From a virus, in the IMG/VR virus record IMGVR_UViG_3300030114_000522: a stretch of 64,000 nt of DNA; one strand, 5' to 3'. The notes under the pieces were generated by a model. The model was not told the origin of the DNA. It ran no database searches and was given only the letters and a program-made list of their open reading frames with translations. The position numbers and the translations under genes are program-made. This document shows positions 10,503 through 21,310 of this stretch, piece after piece (position 1 is the first letter of the stretch; each line of letters starts with the position of its first letter).

Positions 10503-10808
10503 GTGAACTTAACTAAAAATGATTATTATATAATGGATACACTATATGATAAAGGATGTTTTTCTAAAATGTGTTCATTTACTTTACAAAAGTTAGCTGA
10601 TTCAACAAGCTTATCTATATATAAAATAAGAGATTCTATGAGAATGTTTATAAATCTTGATTTAGTTTGCGAGGGTGCTAGGGATGTAAGAGCAAAGACT
10701 TATTTTTTATCAGATAAGGGAATAGCCTTAGTGAAAGAAAATAAAGTAGTACCTAAAGAACTTAAAGACAGATTCAGTAAAATGCAAAATGAAAAGGGGG
10801 ATAATTAG
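10503..10808 (+). CDS. tubR: TubR-like winged-helix centromere-binding protein (start revised to GTG 10503)
   Basis: Small wHTH-like ORF after GGAGGG RBS, coupled to tubZ. Confidence 0.65.
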   Translation: MNLTKNDYYIMDTLYDKGCFSKMCSFTLQKLADSTSLSIYKIRDSMRMFINLDLVCEGARDVRAKTYFLSDKGIALVKENKVVPKELKDRFSKMQNEKGDN

Positions 10809-11896
10809 TGATGCTAAAGGACGATTTTTGTGCAGTAGGTATCGGTCAAGGTGGAAGCAAGCTAGCTTATGGATTTTATAAAAATAAATATAGGGGATTT
10901 TTTATTAATACTAGTTATGATGATTTATCACAATTAAAAATAGATAATCACGATTTTATATATCAGCCACCAGCTTCCAAAGGTTGTGCAAAGCAAAGAA
11001 AAGTGGCACAACAGTATGCAAAAGATTATTATGAAGTAATGATTAAAAAGCTATTAGATGCTCATACAACTTGTAAAGTTTATATCGTACACTATACATT
11101 GGGAGGAGGAACAGGAGGAGGACTATCTAATATATTTGTAGCTCTATTAAGAAAGAAGTTAATAGAATTAGGAAGAAAAGATATAATTATAATAGCAGTT
11201 GTAGCAAAACCAAAACACTATGAATCATGGCAACTACAAAATAATTCACAAGAAAGTTTAGATGAATTGTATGCTATGGCTGATAAGGGAATTATAAATC
11301 AATATTATGTTATAAATAATGATTCTAGAGAAAGTTTAGATGAGATAAACGAAGAACATGTAATTTTATTTGATAGATGGATAGAAGGAGAGACAGCTAA
11401 TAATCAAAGCAATGCTGACGAATCTGAAAGAATGGATTTATTTAAATATAAAGGTCATGCGATGATGTTTGAATTTGATGGAAATAGTGATGATAAGTTT
11501 GAGAAGAATTTAAAGAAAGCTTATGATAATTCAATATATTGCAAACCATTAAAGAATCCTAAAGCTATGGGACTTGCACTTAATGTTGGAATTAAAGAAG
11601 AAAAGGCTATTCCAATTATAGAAAATATTATAGGAGTATTTCCTAATGACCATGTAACTCCTACACAAGTAAGTAATATGATTATGATAGCTGGACTCAA
11701 CGAAAATAAAGCTATAAAAAATAGTATAATAAAAATAGCTAACGCAAAAGCAGAGAAAATTAATCAAGAAGAATCAGTTGAAGAAGAAATTGTAAGTATA
11801 TCAAATATTAAAAATAAGACTGATATAAAGGAAACTGATATAGATAAAGATATGGAAACTATGAGTATAAAAGATATATGGAGTATGTTTAAATAA
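10808..11896 (+). CDS. tubZ: TubZ tubulin/FtsZ-family partition GTPase
   Basis: GIGQGG and GGGTGGG tubulin signature; NADESE T7-loop-like motif. Confidence 0.88.
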   Translation: MMLKDDFCAVGIGQGGSKLAYGFYKNKYRGFFINTSYDDLSQLKIDNHDFIYQPPASKGCAKQRKVAQQYAKDYYEVMIKKLLDAHTTCKVYIVHYTLGGGTGGGLSNIFVALLRKKLIELGRKDIIIIAVVAKPKHYESWQLQNNSQESLDELYAMADKGIINQYYVINNDSRESLDEINEEHVILFDRWIEGETANNQSNADESERMDLFKYKGHAMMFEFDGNSDDKFEKNLKKAYDNSIYCKPLKNPKAMGLALNVGIKEEKAIPIIENIIGVFPNDHVTPTQVSNMIMIAGLNENKAIKNSIIKIANAKAEKINQEESVEEEIVSISNIKNKTDIKETDIDKDMETMSIKDIWSMFK

Positions 11897-12051
11897 TAAA
11901 ATCTCAAGCACTTGCTTTATTTAATTAAATAGTAGGTGCTATTTTTTATGTTGTTTTTTAGTGGAAAACTATTAAAAACTACCAAAAAGAAGGCTAAAAT
12001 GTATAATTTTTATACAAAATAGCCTTAAAATGATTAAAAATTAACTTATTG

Positions 12052-12492
12052 TTATTTGTTTGTAATTGCAGATATATTAATCCAATTAGAATCAACTGTT
12101 TTATCTATGGTATTAATTAGAGTTTGTACCATGTTAAAATCCTTAACTCTTAATGATTTAGATTTCATTAATGAATATATCACATGAGCATCATTTTTAA
12201 AATTTTTATTCTTATATTCAAACTTATCTACATGCAATTCTAGATATTTTCTAATTGCTAATATTCTGTCTCTTGTTAATTCTTTATTCTGAAGTCTATC
12301 ATGGAATAATTTTTGAGTATAACAGTAGGATATTTCAACTTTAGCAGACCTTATCTTGTGTTTATTAATATCCTCAATAACCATCTCAGCAGTTATCATA
12401 GTTTTAGGAATTAAACTTAATCTCCAAAATCCTAAACGTGTGAATAATTTTATTAATAATGGTAATGCTAATATTACAATGATAGTTTTCAT
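12052..12492 (-). CDS. hypothetical protein with N-terminal membrane anchor
   Basis: GAAAGGA RBS; hydrophobic N-terminus. Confidence 0.7.
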   Translation of the reverse strand: MKTIIVILALPLLIKLFTRLGFWRLSLIPKTMITAEMVIEDINKHKIRSAKVEISYCYTQKLFHDRLQNKELTRDRILAIRKYLELHVDKFEYKNKNFKNDAHVIYSLMKSKSLRVKDFNMVQTLINTIDKTVDSNWINISAITNK

Positions 12493-12784
12493 ATGTAATC
12501 CATCCTTTCAATCTCGTAAATTGTTTTTTTGGAATTACATTAATGATTAACTAGAATCAATCAACATAACTATTTTCTCCTTTCTTTGTTTTGCATATTG
12601 CTTAGTCTTGTGTTTTGTATAATGGGTTTTCCTAAGTAATATGTATCAAATGTAGGATTTAATATTGTGTTGAGTATTGGATATAGAGTAGGGGAATATA
12701 TTTTCTCCCTACAATCCAATATAATATAAGTATTGGTATACCTACATTTTAAAAGGTCAGTATAATGAGGAGTATGCAGTAATA

Positions 12785-13369
12785 TTAAGAGAGAAATAAA
12801 AAGTAATTAAGGTTATTATAAGTTAAGTCTGTATACACAAGTTCAAAGTGGGACGAGTTGTATCTAATGTCACTAAGGCTAGGACGAGATATTATTACAA
12901 TAGGAAAGTTTCCATAACATTTATCTTGAAGTTGTCCACTTTTAAATAACTTCTCATATAATTGCATTTTTAGGTTACTTGTATAATGAGTATAATCAAC
13001 TTCTAGTAAAGTGAAATAAACATTATTATTATATTTAAATGTTATAAATGCGTCTGGTCTTATTAATCCTGTTAGATAACGTGGTTGCAATTTAAAATCT
13101 ATTATTTCTCCGTTATGTTTCTTTATTTGTTTAAGAAAGTCATATACTAATAAATCATGGTCTCTAAGCTTCTTATCATAGTAATATATTTTTTCTCTTG
13201 TGAGTTGACTTATATAACTTTTCAATAATTCCATATCTTCTAATTGTTTTAATCTTCTTCTACAACCTTCATAATTTTTATTAAAGAATAGTTCAGTACA
13301 TTGTGGTACACTAATTGCTTTATAATCTTCTATCCATTTTAAAACTTCTTTGTCTCTTTCTGTGAGCAT
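12785..13369 (-). CDS. Replication-relaxation (Replic_Relax) family protein
   Basis: MLTERD start, HDL, IRPDA, LEVD motifs; follows FtsK. Confidence 0.8.
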   Translation of the reverse strand: MLTERDKEVLKWIEDYKAISVPQCTELFFNKNYEGCRRRLKQLEDMELLKSYISQLTREKIYYYDKKLRDHDLLVYDFLKQIKKHNGEIIDFKLQPRYLTGLIRPDAFITFKYNNNVYFTLLEVDYTHYTSNLKMQLYEKLFKSGQLQDKCYGNFPIVIISRPSLSDIRYNSSHFELVYTDLTYNNLNYFLFLS

Positions 13370-14673
13370 CTTTTAAATTCCTCCATACTCATTACTCCTG
13401 TTTTAAATTTAGATTTAATATTGCTTTTTGACTTTGTTTCTTTCTTTATGTCCTTTGAATCAATATCTATAATAGTATGTTCTTCTAAAGTTAGCATTTG
13501 ATTAGTCTCATTATTTATATTTATTATTTCTATGGGACTAGGATTACTTGTATCAGAATTATTGGATTCTGTAGTAGGAGAGTTAGGTATTTTAATTTCA
13601 GGTACATACTTATGAAGTAGTGTAAAATCTTCATCTATGAATGGAACTTTTACAAGTGTAATATCCGAATTACCATCTACAATACATTCTCTTTCTTTTA
13701 ACTTACAAGCATCTGTTGTATTAATTATATTTATAGAATCTATAGCTGATTTTTGTCTAAATGTTATTCTTGTCATTTGAGATTTTAAGTCACTAGGGAG
13801 ATTCGTTACTGTAGACCTTTGTATAGTAGAAATTAGATGAATACCCACAGAACGACCTGCTTTAGCTATCTTCAATATTAATTCCCAAATAATAGGTTCA
13901 TCTATAAAGAAACTTAATTCTTCTAAGACATATACAATTCTCTTCATACGTCTTGATTTAAAATGATTATTCCATTGAGTTATATTTCTAATGCCATTGT
14001 CCATAAATAGCTTTGACCTATCATCTAATATTTTACAAACTCTATTTAAACTTATCATTACTTCTTGAATATCATAAGCTACAAATTTAATCGGAGTACA
14101 ACTAGCAAAGCATCCTATGTCACCTTTTACAATTTGAGATAAGTATATTTCTATATCTTTGGGATAATTATATATAAGATTAGTTAGTATACAAGCTAAT
14201 AAAAACGATTTACCTGTACCAGTAGTTCCTCCAATAAGCAAATGTGGGTCTTTATTTAAATCTATTAAGTAATTCTTTCCTGTGAAGTCTTTACCAATTG
14301 GCAACATATTACTTGGACATTTAACTGGTTCATAAGGGAACTTAGCAATATCTTTATCAACTATTCTCATTTTTATATTTGATTTAAATTTATACTTATC
14401 TAAATCTATAATTCCATTTAAGTTGTCTTCTAGGATATTTAGTTTTGAATTTAAGTGTTCCGTAGATAGTCCTTTAGGTATATTAATATAAGTTATATAT
14501 CCGTATGAAGTAGGTTTTATTTTATATATTGTAAATGTTTGTTCTTCTTTATTTTGTATTCCTATACCTTTCATTATTGAATTGAAGTTCTGTTTTAGTT
14601 TTCTCTCAGATATTGTATTTAAATAATTATAGGAATATACAGTTGCAATTGATAAGGCTAATTCTATAATCAT
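13339..14673 (-). CDS. FtsK/SpoIIIE-domain ATPase
   Basis: PHLLIGGTTGTGKS Walker A, AKAGRSVGIHLI..QR. Confidence 0.88.
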   Translation of the reverse strand: MIIELALSIATVYSYNYLNTISERKLKQNFNSIMKGIGIQNKEEQTFTIYKIKPTSYGYITYINIPKGLSTEHLNSKLNILEDNLNGIIDLDKYKFKSNIKMRIVDKDIAKFPYEPVKCPSNMLPIGKDFTGKNYLIDLNKDPHLLIGGTTGTGKSFLLACILTNLIYNYPKDIEIYLSQIVKGDIGCFASCTPIKFVAYDIQEVMISLNRVCKILDDRSKLFMDNGIRNITQWNNHFKSRRMKRIVYVLEELSFFIDEPIIWELILKIAKAGRSVGIHLISTIQRSTVTNLPSDLKSQMTRITFRQKSAIDSINIINTTDACKLKERECIVDGNSDITLVKVPFIDEDFTLLHKYVPEIKIPNSPTTESNNSDTSNPSPIEIININNETNQMLTLEEHTIIDIDSKDIKKETKSKSNIKSKFKTGVMSMEEFKRCSQKETKKF

Positions 14674-14858
14674 AGTTTATTACGCTTAGGTTTGATTACT
14701 GATTTATTAGGTAGGGTACAAGATATTATATAGCCAATAGTTGAAATGTAAATTATAGCCCCGTCTATTGGAGTCAAATAGAACATGTTGCCGATAGTTT
14801 TAAATTGATTTAGAAAGTAGTTTATTATTTGAATGTCTAGATTTGAAAGAATATTCAT
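14670..14858 (-). CDS. small membrane protein, first gene of FtsK operon
   Basis: AAGGAG RBS, hydrophobic segment, overlap with the FtsK start. Confidence 0.65.
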   Translation of the reverse strand: MNILSNLDIQIINYFLNQFKTIGNMFYLTPIDGAIIYISTIGYIISCTLPNKSVIKPKRNKL

Positions 14859-14944
14859 TTAGATACTCCTTTTAAATTGATTAATTCATGGTTAGGTTTG
14901 TTTTATGAAGTGTTGTTTTTAATGTTGGGTTAGTTTTATATTAT

Positions 14945-14975
14945 ATAGATATGATAGGAGAGTGGGAATTATGAT
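14945..14975 (-). promoter_or_regulatory. Putative sporulation sigmaE-type promoter
   Basis: TCATA, then 16 nt, then CATATCTAT on the minus strand upstream of the FtsK operon. Confidence 0.4.
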
Positions 14976-15071
14976 TAGTTTTTTTAATATTTTTAATGTT
15001 TATTTTATTGGAGTTATTATTTGTTGCTATTTTATATAACGGTAGGGTAGTTATATAGAGTTTTATGTTGA

Positions 15072-15260
15072 GATTGTAAAATATACCCCGTTACTAAAAA
15101 CTTATAAGAAGTTATAAATTTTATAATTTCCATGTTTTATTCCTTATTCATAGTGTTCTTTTTCATATTATTGCTAATACTAATCAAGTGGTCAAAACAC
15201 TCCAAAGGCTTAAATTCCCCAATAACGATTGGGTACATATCAATAATTGCTTTTAAGATG
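15072..15260 (-). ncRNA. TnpB omega RNA (right-end scaffold plus flank-derived guide)
   Basis: GTACCCAATCGTTATTGGGGAATTTAAGCCTTTGGAGTG...CACTATGAATAAGGAA...TAACGG downstream of tnpB, typical IS607 right end. Confidence 0.7.
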
Positions 15261-16437
15261 CTAATATCATTGATTGACCATATTTCATTATATTTATACT
15301 TGCGTTATAATCTCTGTCAATTATACAACCACATTCAAGACAAACATATTCTCTATCAGATAATTTTAAATCTTTTTTAATACTTCCACATTCTGAACAT
15401 GTTTTACTTGATGGATACCATCTATCTACATCTATTACCTTTATATTATTCCACAAACTTTTATATACAATTTGTCTTCTGAATTCATATAAACATTGTT
15501 CTTGAACAGCTTTAGATAAATGTTTGTTCTTCATCATTCCACTAATATTTAAATCTTCAATTGCAATAAACATTGGTTCTCTGTTTATTATTTCAGTTGT
15601 AGTTTGATGAATATAATTACTTCTTATATTTGTTAATTTATGATTTAGTTTTAAGATTCTTTTTTCTAATTTGATAATATTATTAGTCTTTTTATAAATC
15701 TTTCCAATTCTGTTATCTTCATATTTTCTACTTACTTTACGTTGTAATCTTTTCTTAGTTTTCTTTAATTTCTTAACTCTTTTGGTTTTATTAATGTTTT
15801 TATAAGTATTCCCATCAGAACAAATAGCTAAATCTTTAATACCAACATCAATACCTATTCCTTTATTAGTAGGTAATTCATAATTATCTCTAATTTCTAT
15901 TCCAATACTAATAAACCAATTAATACCATCAAAACTTACTCTAGGATTTATATACTTTATATCTTGTCCAAAAGGAATTCTATTCTTTTCAGCTAATTTA
16001 ACCCAATTTAATTTTCTTTTATTTTGTTTCTTACTATCTGTTAGTCCTTCAAATTTAACATGTGTGCCATTAAACTTAATCTTAATATTATCTTGATAGA
16101 ACTTTGGTTTATCATGTTTTCTACTTTTAAATTTAGGATATTTAGCTTGACCTTTAAAAAATCTCTTAAAAGATAAACAACAATCTTTAATTGCTTGTTT
16201 TGTTACATTATTACTAATATTATTTAACCAATTATATTCTTCTATTTTCTTTAATTGTGTAAATTCTTTTCTTAAATCATTATCAGATATAAATTTACCA
16301 TAGTTTTTATAATTTTCTTGTTCTCTAGCCAATGCCCAATTGTAAGCAAATCTTTTAGCACCTGCAAATTGAAACATTTTAGTATTTTGTTTATTATTGG
16401 GTATTAACATTACTTTTATTCCCTTTATCATCTTCAA
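15253..16437 (-). CDS. tnpB: TnpB RNA-guided endonuclease
   Basis: RuvC D (GIDVG), E (IEDL), D (DRDYNA) and zinc finger CSEC/CLEC intact. Confidence 0.95.
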   Translation of the reverse strand: MKMIKGIKVMLIPNNKQNTKMFQFAGAKRFAYNWALAREQENYKNYGKFISDNDLRKEFTQLKKIEEYNWLNNISNNVTKQAIKDCCLSFKRFFKGQAKYPKFKSRKHDKPKFYQDNIKIKFNGTHVKFEGLTDSKKQNKRKLNWVKLAEKNRIPFGQDIKYINPRVSFDGINWFISIGIEIRDNYELPTNKGIGIDVGIKDLAICSDGNTYKNINKTKRVKKLKKTKKRLQRKVSRKYEDNRIGKIYKKTNNIIKLEKRILKLNHKLTNIRSNYIHQTTTEIINREPMFIAIEDLNISGMMKNKHLSKAVQEQCLYEFRRQIVYKSLWNNIKVIDVDRWYPSSKTCSECGSIKKDLKLSDREYVCLECGCIIDRDYNASINIMKYGQSMILAS

Positions 16438-17050
16438 TCACCTCCATTTCAATTAATTCACTTATCATTTTTCTAGTTATATTTGCTATTTTCCCTTGTA
16501 GCCTATAACTGAATACAGTAATTATTTGTATTAAATCTTCAACTAATTCTTCTTGTTGTGTTTTTTCTGTACTGTCTAGTATTTCTATTTCACATCCATT
16601 AAGATTAGCCATATATTCAACTAACTCAAATCCAAATCTTAATAACCTATCTTTATATAATATAACAATCTTTTCTACCTCTTTGTTATTTATTTTCTTT
16701 AGTAAATCTCTAATACCTTTTTTCTTATAGTTCATTCCACTTCCTATATCTTGAATTATCTCATAAGGTTTATTTAAAGAATCCAAATATTTTTTCATGT
16801 TTTCAATTTGTCTTTGTAAATCATCTTTTTGTTTATTAGAGAAAACTCTACAATATCCTATAATTATTTTTTCTTTAACATTATCATCTTTAATATTTAA
16901 TACTTGCTTTAGTTGGTCGTGTGAATAATATCTATATCCATTTGCTCCAGTATTACTTGGAATTAATTTACCACTTTTATCCCAGTTCCTTAAAGTTTGA
17001 GGAGTTCTTCCTATTAACTTTGAAAATTCATGTATACTATAATATTTCAT
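16394..17050 (-). CDS. tnpA: IS607 TnpA serine recombinase (catalytic Ser apparently changed to Phe)
   Basis: MerR HTH plus resolvase domain; GYCRVFSN instead of YxRVSS; DRLLRFG. Confidence 0.9.
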   Translation of the reverse strand: MKYYSIHEFSKLIGRTPQTLRNWDKSGKLIPSNTGANGYRYYSHDQLKQVLNIKDDNVKEKIIIGYCRVFSNKQKDDLQRQIENMKKYLDSLNKPYEIIQDIGSGMNYKKKGIRDLLKKINNKEVEKIVILYKDRLLRFGFELVEYMANLNGCEIEILDSTEKTQQEELVEDLIQIITVFSYRLQGKIANITRKMISELIEMEVIEDDKGNKSNVNTQ

Positions 17051-17199
17051 TTATTTTCACCTCTTAGTATAATTGTAACATACTGAATTATAAAGTCAAT
17101 AGGTAAATTTATAACTTTTTATAACTTTTTATATTAATTTATAATTAATTATATATTAGTAGGTTTACAATATAGATATTGAACTAATATATGATATAA

Positions 17200-19350
17200 T
17201 TTAATTGTGAAAAGTATTTTGGTTTTATGTTTATCTCTATATTACTTTTTATGTTTTTAATATTCTACTAATTAGAGATTGTTTTGAGTTTTTAACTTGA
17301 AGTGGTCTCTTTTTTATTTTGTGGATTATTTATGAATTGTGTATTTAGTGTTTGAAATTTTATATTTTAATTTTATGAATTATTAGTTAACGATAGGTGT
17401 TTGTCGTGAGTGGTTTTGAAATGGTATATATTTGTAGTGGATTAGAGCGATTTTAAGTAGGGTTTATAAGCGTTTAGGTAGTATATGAGGTATTGATTTG
17501 GAGTGGTGTTAGAGGGTAGGAGAAGTGGATTGTAGTTGATGTGTCGGTTAGAGTGCGGTGTTTAGGTAGTTTGAGTGGGATTTGATTGAGATTGAGTGGA
17601 AGTTATTTGATTTTAATAAGGGGATAGGTGTTGGTGTTAGTGGGGTTGACGAGTGAGTTGACGATAGGATTTGGGTTTATTTTGTTATTTATAGGTCGTT
17701 GTAATCTGAAATTGGTTGATGGATAGAACACATAGGTTCATATCTTGAACACAACATCTCCTAATAAATGTAAATACACCGCCCCACTAGGTATACTATG
17801 TTATAAACCACAATCCAACATCAACCAATCAAAGCAGTACTAACAACCCATATTTAACCCAATACCACAATTAACTAACTACAAACTCTACAAGCAAGTG
17901 ATACCAACGCTTACAAGCGAACACAATTAAATATACATTTAACACAATTGAAGTAGTTATCTATTGATAATTATTATTTATATAATAGGAATGATTTTGC
18001 ATATAATATAACAGTATAATAACGCTATAACGTAGTATTAACAACCATTTATGATAGTTTAAAATGTTGATTTTTATCTAGTGTTAGTGACTACTTAATA
18101 CCTATATTGATTACTATATAAGCGTTCTTTTTAAGATGTAGTTGTGACAAATGTTGCGGTTTAAAATCTCGAAAATAAGTTGTGTCTGTTGAACGAACTC
18201 TTATACTTCACTACACTAAAGCGTTAAACTGATAACGTATTAAAACAACACAGCAATAAACTTATAAAGTATCACAGTATCACATTGATAAATAAATACA
18301 GTAGTAAATAACTAACACATTAAACTAACACAGAACTAACGTTATATAGTAATAGCTCATTACACTTATACAACAGTATTATAATATCTAACTAACTTAT
18401 CAACTCAACAATTTCAAACACTAATTATCAAACTCTATAAATAAATATAAACACTATTGTAATTACAATAAACTATATATCATAGTAACAATAACTACTT
18501 AATACAATACTAATACATCATAACATCAACAAATTAACCACATTAAATAATATCATATACTACATATATATTGTACTAACAAACTAATACAATTCAATTT
18601 ATATAATCCATGATATCACAAATAGGGAACACTTACAATAATCAACTCATCACAAATACACGAACAACAAACATCTAATCATATCAATTCTAACACAAAA
18701 ACAAATTCAAGAAATACATATCAATGCACAATTACTCACTATTCTTTTAAAGTTAATTGATAACAGACGACACAATCGATGTGCCTAAACCATTTAAATA
18801 CCACATTATCAACGATTATCAATTAACAAATTATATTAACTGATACTTTAAATGATAATAGCCATACGCTAATTGAGAATACCATCTAAAAACCTTATTA
18901 TTTTAATATATTATCTAATCTAATGGAATCATATCAAATACAGTAACAATTCAATATCTAATAACACGAATAATAAAACAAATACAAATCTAATATACGT
19001 ATTTAATACAACTACAAATGTACACGCTACAAACACACAAATTTATAAATATATCTGCAATAATCTACTAAAATAGAACAACTAAAATCAATTTGTCAAA
19101 CATATATTGAATACAACTAATCAACTAAAATCAATTACAATCAACTCTACATAACCCATATAAGACACACTAAGCATAGGTCAGTTAATATCCACACTTT
19201 CCAAACGTCTTAAATGACCTATTAACGTTACTGTAGACGATTTTCATTTAATGAACAGACTAATATTTAACTATATTTGTACACAACATAAATACATATG
19301 TATCTGATATAAAGACATATTGACTATAATTAGCTATATAAATAATACCA
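17200..19350. other. Long non-coding region with sharp GT-rich to AC-rich switch near 17770
   Basis: No ORF >=60 aa; visible compositional flip; gene orientation diverges here. Confidence 0.7.
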
Positions 19351-19357
19351 ATTATAA

Positions 19358-19693
19358 TTAACAAAAAAGAGCTACTATAAACTCAATTATAATAACTCTT
19401 ATATCTTTTAACAATTCACTTCTAGTCATTTTAATTCTTAATAAATAACTTTTGATTTCTTCCTCATCTTCTTTGCTGATATCCTTCTTGATTGTTTTTT
19501 TAAGTAGTTCATAAGCTTCTAAAGTTTCACTGGATAAACTATACTTATTCCAATTCCTTTCTTTTCTTGATGGAGTAAATCTCCCATATTTTACTCTTGC
19601 ACTATTTTTATTTGCATTATACCAATTTTTATTGGCAAAGTTACTTGTTATCATTTCTAAATTTTTTATATTATTTTCAGTAATCATATTCAA
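19358..19693 (-). CDS. hypothetical protein
   Basis: GAGGTG RBS. Confidence 0.7.
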   Translation of the reverse strand: MNMITENNIKNLEMITSNFANKNWYNANKNSARVKYGRFTPSRKERNWNKYSLSSETLEAYELLKKTIKKDISKEDEEEIKSYLLRIKMTRSELLKDIRVIIIEFIVALFC

Positions 19694-19751
19694 TACACCT
19701 CATTTTATTATTTACAGTTTTTAAAAGGAACTGAAAAACCTTCTAACAATC

Positions 19752-19937
19752 TTATAATCCTAAACTATCACATAGAGTTGAATAGATACTGTATGAATAA
19801 ACATTCTTACATTTAGTTGCTACTAATTTTCTGCTATAATTTAATACACTTATCTTATCCATTTTACTCAAGTCTTCATTGATATCTATTGTAATATAAT
19901 TATCATTCTTATCCCAAACTTTGATATTTTTAATCAT
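19752..19937 (-). CDS. hypothetical protein
   Basis: RBS and upstream promoter. Confidence 0.6.
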   Translation of the reverse strand: MIKNIKVWDKNDNYITIDINEDLSKMDKISVLNYSRKLVATKCKNVYSYSIYSTLCDSLGL

Positions 19938-20155
19938 TTTAACGCACTTCCTTTTAATTTATTATTTATATGTAATTTAATCTATAATTGATTATCTCAT
20001 ACAATAAAGACAATTACAAGTATTATTTTAACATGTTATTAAGTTTTTTAAAACTAACATAAACAACAAATATAAATCATATAATATACAAAGGGAACAA
20101 ATTCTAAACCACTAAAAATAAACTTATAAATATATTAAAATAATACTAAAAATAC

Positions 20156-20184
20156 TTGCAATTATATTATTTATTTGCTATAAT
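20156..20184 (+). promoter_or_regulatory. sigmaA promoter, first of an early-promoter series
   Basis: TTGCAA-17-TATAAT; similar promoters at 26240, 27062, 27797, 29245, 29679, 32898, 34020, 34918, 35491, 37737, 43427, 48193, 57948, 59016. Confidence 0.75.
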
Positions 20185-20222
20185 TAGGTATACCCACAAT
20201 ACATAAACAAATTAATTAAGGA

Positions 20223-20570
20223 GTGATTAAAATGATAGATACAATAATAACCTTAGATTATAAACTTGAAAGAATAGGAAATAGATGTCTTGATGAAATG
20301 GGTTGTGATTATTTATATCAAATAGAAAGCTCAAAACTAATAAACGATATAATGTCTTGTAAACCTTGGTTAAAAAATATAACTATTGCTGACATTAAAA
20401 AATATTTAGAATATTTTCAAAATAGCACAAAAAAGGAAATAATAAGATATTATAAAAAATATAAAGAAACTAATAAGAATGATTGGAAAATTAAAGCTGA
20501 AAGTAAATATAAAGAATATACAGATAATTTAGGTGGAACAATGACAATTGAAGAAATTATTAATAAGTAA
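20223..20570 (+). CDS. hypothetical early protein
   Basis: Promoter and AAGGAG RBS. Confidence 0.7.
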   Translation: MIKMIDTIITLDYKLERIGNRCLDEMGCDYLYQIESSKLINDIMSCKPWLKNITIADIKKYLEYFQNSTKKEIIRYYKKYKETNKNDWKIKAESKYKEYTDNLGGTMTIEEIINK

Positions 20571-20615
20571 GTATTTATCCTTATTAAAATAAAATAATGA
20601 AAGAGGTAAATTTGT

Positions 20616-20942
20616 ATGAAATATGTTGATAGTAAAATATTTGGAATATGTAATATATTAGCAAAGAAAGATATTAATGAAAATTTTTGTGAATGTGAAG
20701 ATAATAAAAATGCAAAATATGAATATTACCTCAATACAGAAACAAATGAATATTTTGCATTAAAGAAAGATGGAATAAAAATAACATTTGATGTTTTAGT
20801 ATCAAAATTTAAATTTACAGGTAAAATTTTAGAATATAAACAAGGTATAGGATATTATATAAACGGTGAATTTATAACAACCGCAAAAGAACAAATTGAA
20901 GAGTATTATAGTAATTTATTTGAAAGAGATTGCGATATATAA
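20616..20942 (+). CDS. hypothetical protein
   Basis: GAGGT RBS. Confidence 0.7.
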   Translation: MKYVDSKIFGICNILAKKDINENFCECEDNKNAKYEYYLNTETNEYFALKKDGIKITFDVLVSKFKFTGKILEYKQGIGYYINGEFITTAKEQIEEYYSNLFERDCDI

Positions 20943-21125
20943 AAAATACTGTATCAAATAAAAATAGAAAAAAGCTATAGTCTATTTTTATATAAATACA
21001 AAACATCTATCCACTAAAATATAAACTTCATAACAAATTAAAATAAAACTGTACAAACAATTAATAAAATGATATACTAATACTTGTAGGAGGAAAACCA
21101 ACAACCAAGAAAAATGGAGGAGGAA

Positions 21126-21239
21126 ATGAGAAAGAGAATTGAAAGGAATAGACAAAGACAACAAGACAAAAATGACTTAATAAAAACAATTATTTCAATA
21201 ATTTCAATGGTTCTCACACTACTTAAATTATTCTTATAA
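21126..21239 (+). CDS. 37-aa basic/hydrophobic peptide, type I toxin-like
   Basis: MRKRIERNRQRQQDKNDLIKTIISIISMVLTLLKLFL after GGAGG RBS; below ORF-track cutoff. Confidence 0.6.
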   Translation: MRKRIERNRQRQQDKNDLIKTIISIISMVLTLLKLFL

Positions 21240-21310
21240 TTATATATTAAGTCATAACACACAAAAGGGGATACAATAAAAGTATTTCCCTTTCCTTTAA
21301 ATTCTCTTTA

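Larger units (their letters stand above)
15088..17160 (-). mobile_element. IS607-family insertion sequence (tnpA-tnpB)
   Basis: Overlapping serine-recombinase tnpA and tnpB; right end ...TTTTTAGTAACGG; ~10-bp TTATAA repeats at both ends; left boundary approximate. Confidence 0.85.

Noticed and set aside
10808-11896. Cell-division FtsZ or nucleus-phage PhuZ
   Set aside because: Divergent sequence and tubR/tubY/rep context fit TubZ partitioning.
12785-14673. Conjugation system
   Set aside because: No VirB4, mating-pair or canonical MOB genes in the window.
15088-17160. IStron (group I intron fused to IS607)
   Set aside because: Only about 110 bp of AT-rich DNA precedes tnpA; no intron core and no interrupted host gene.
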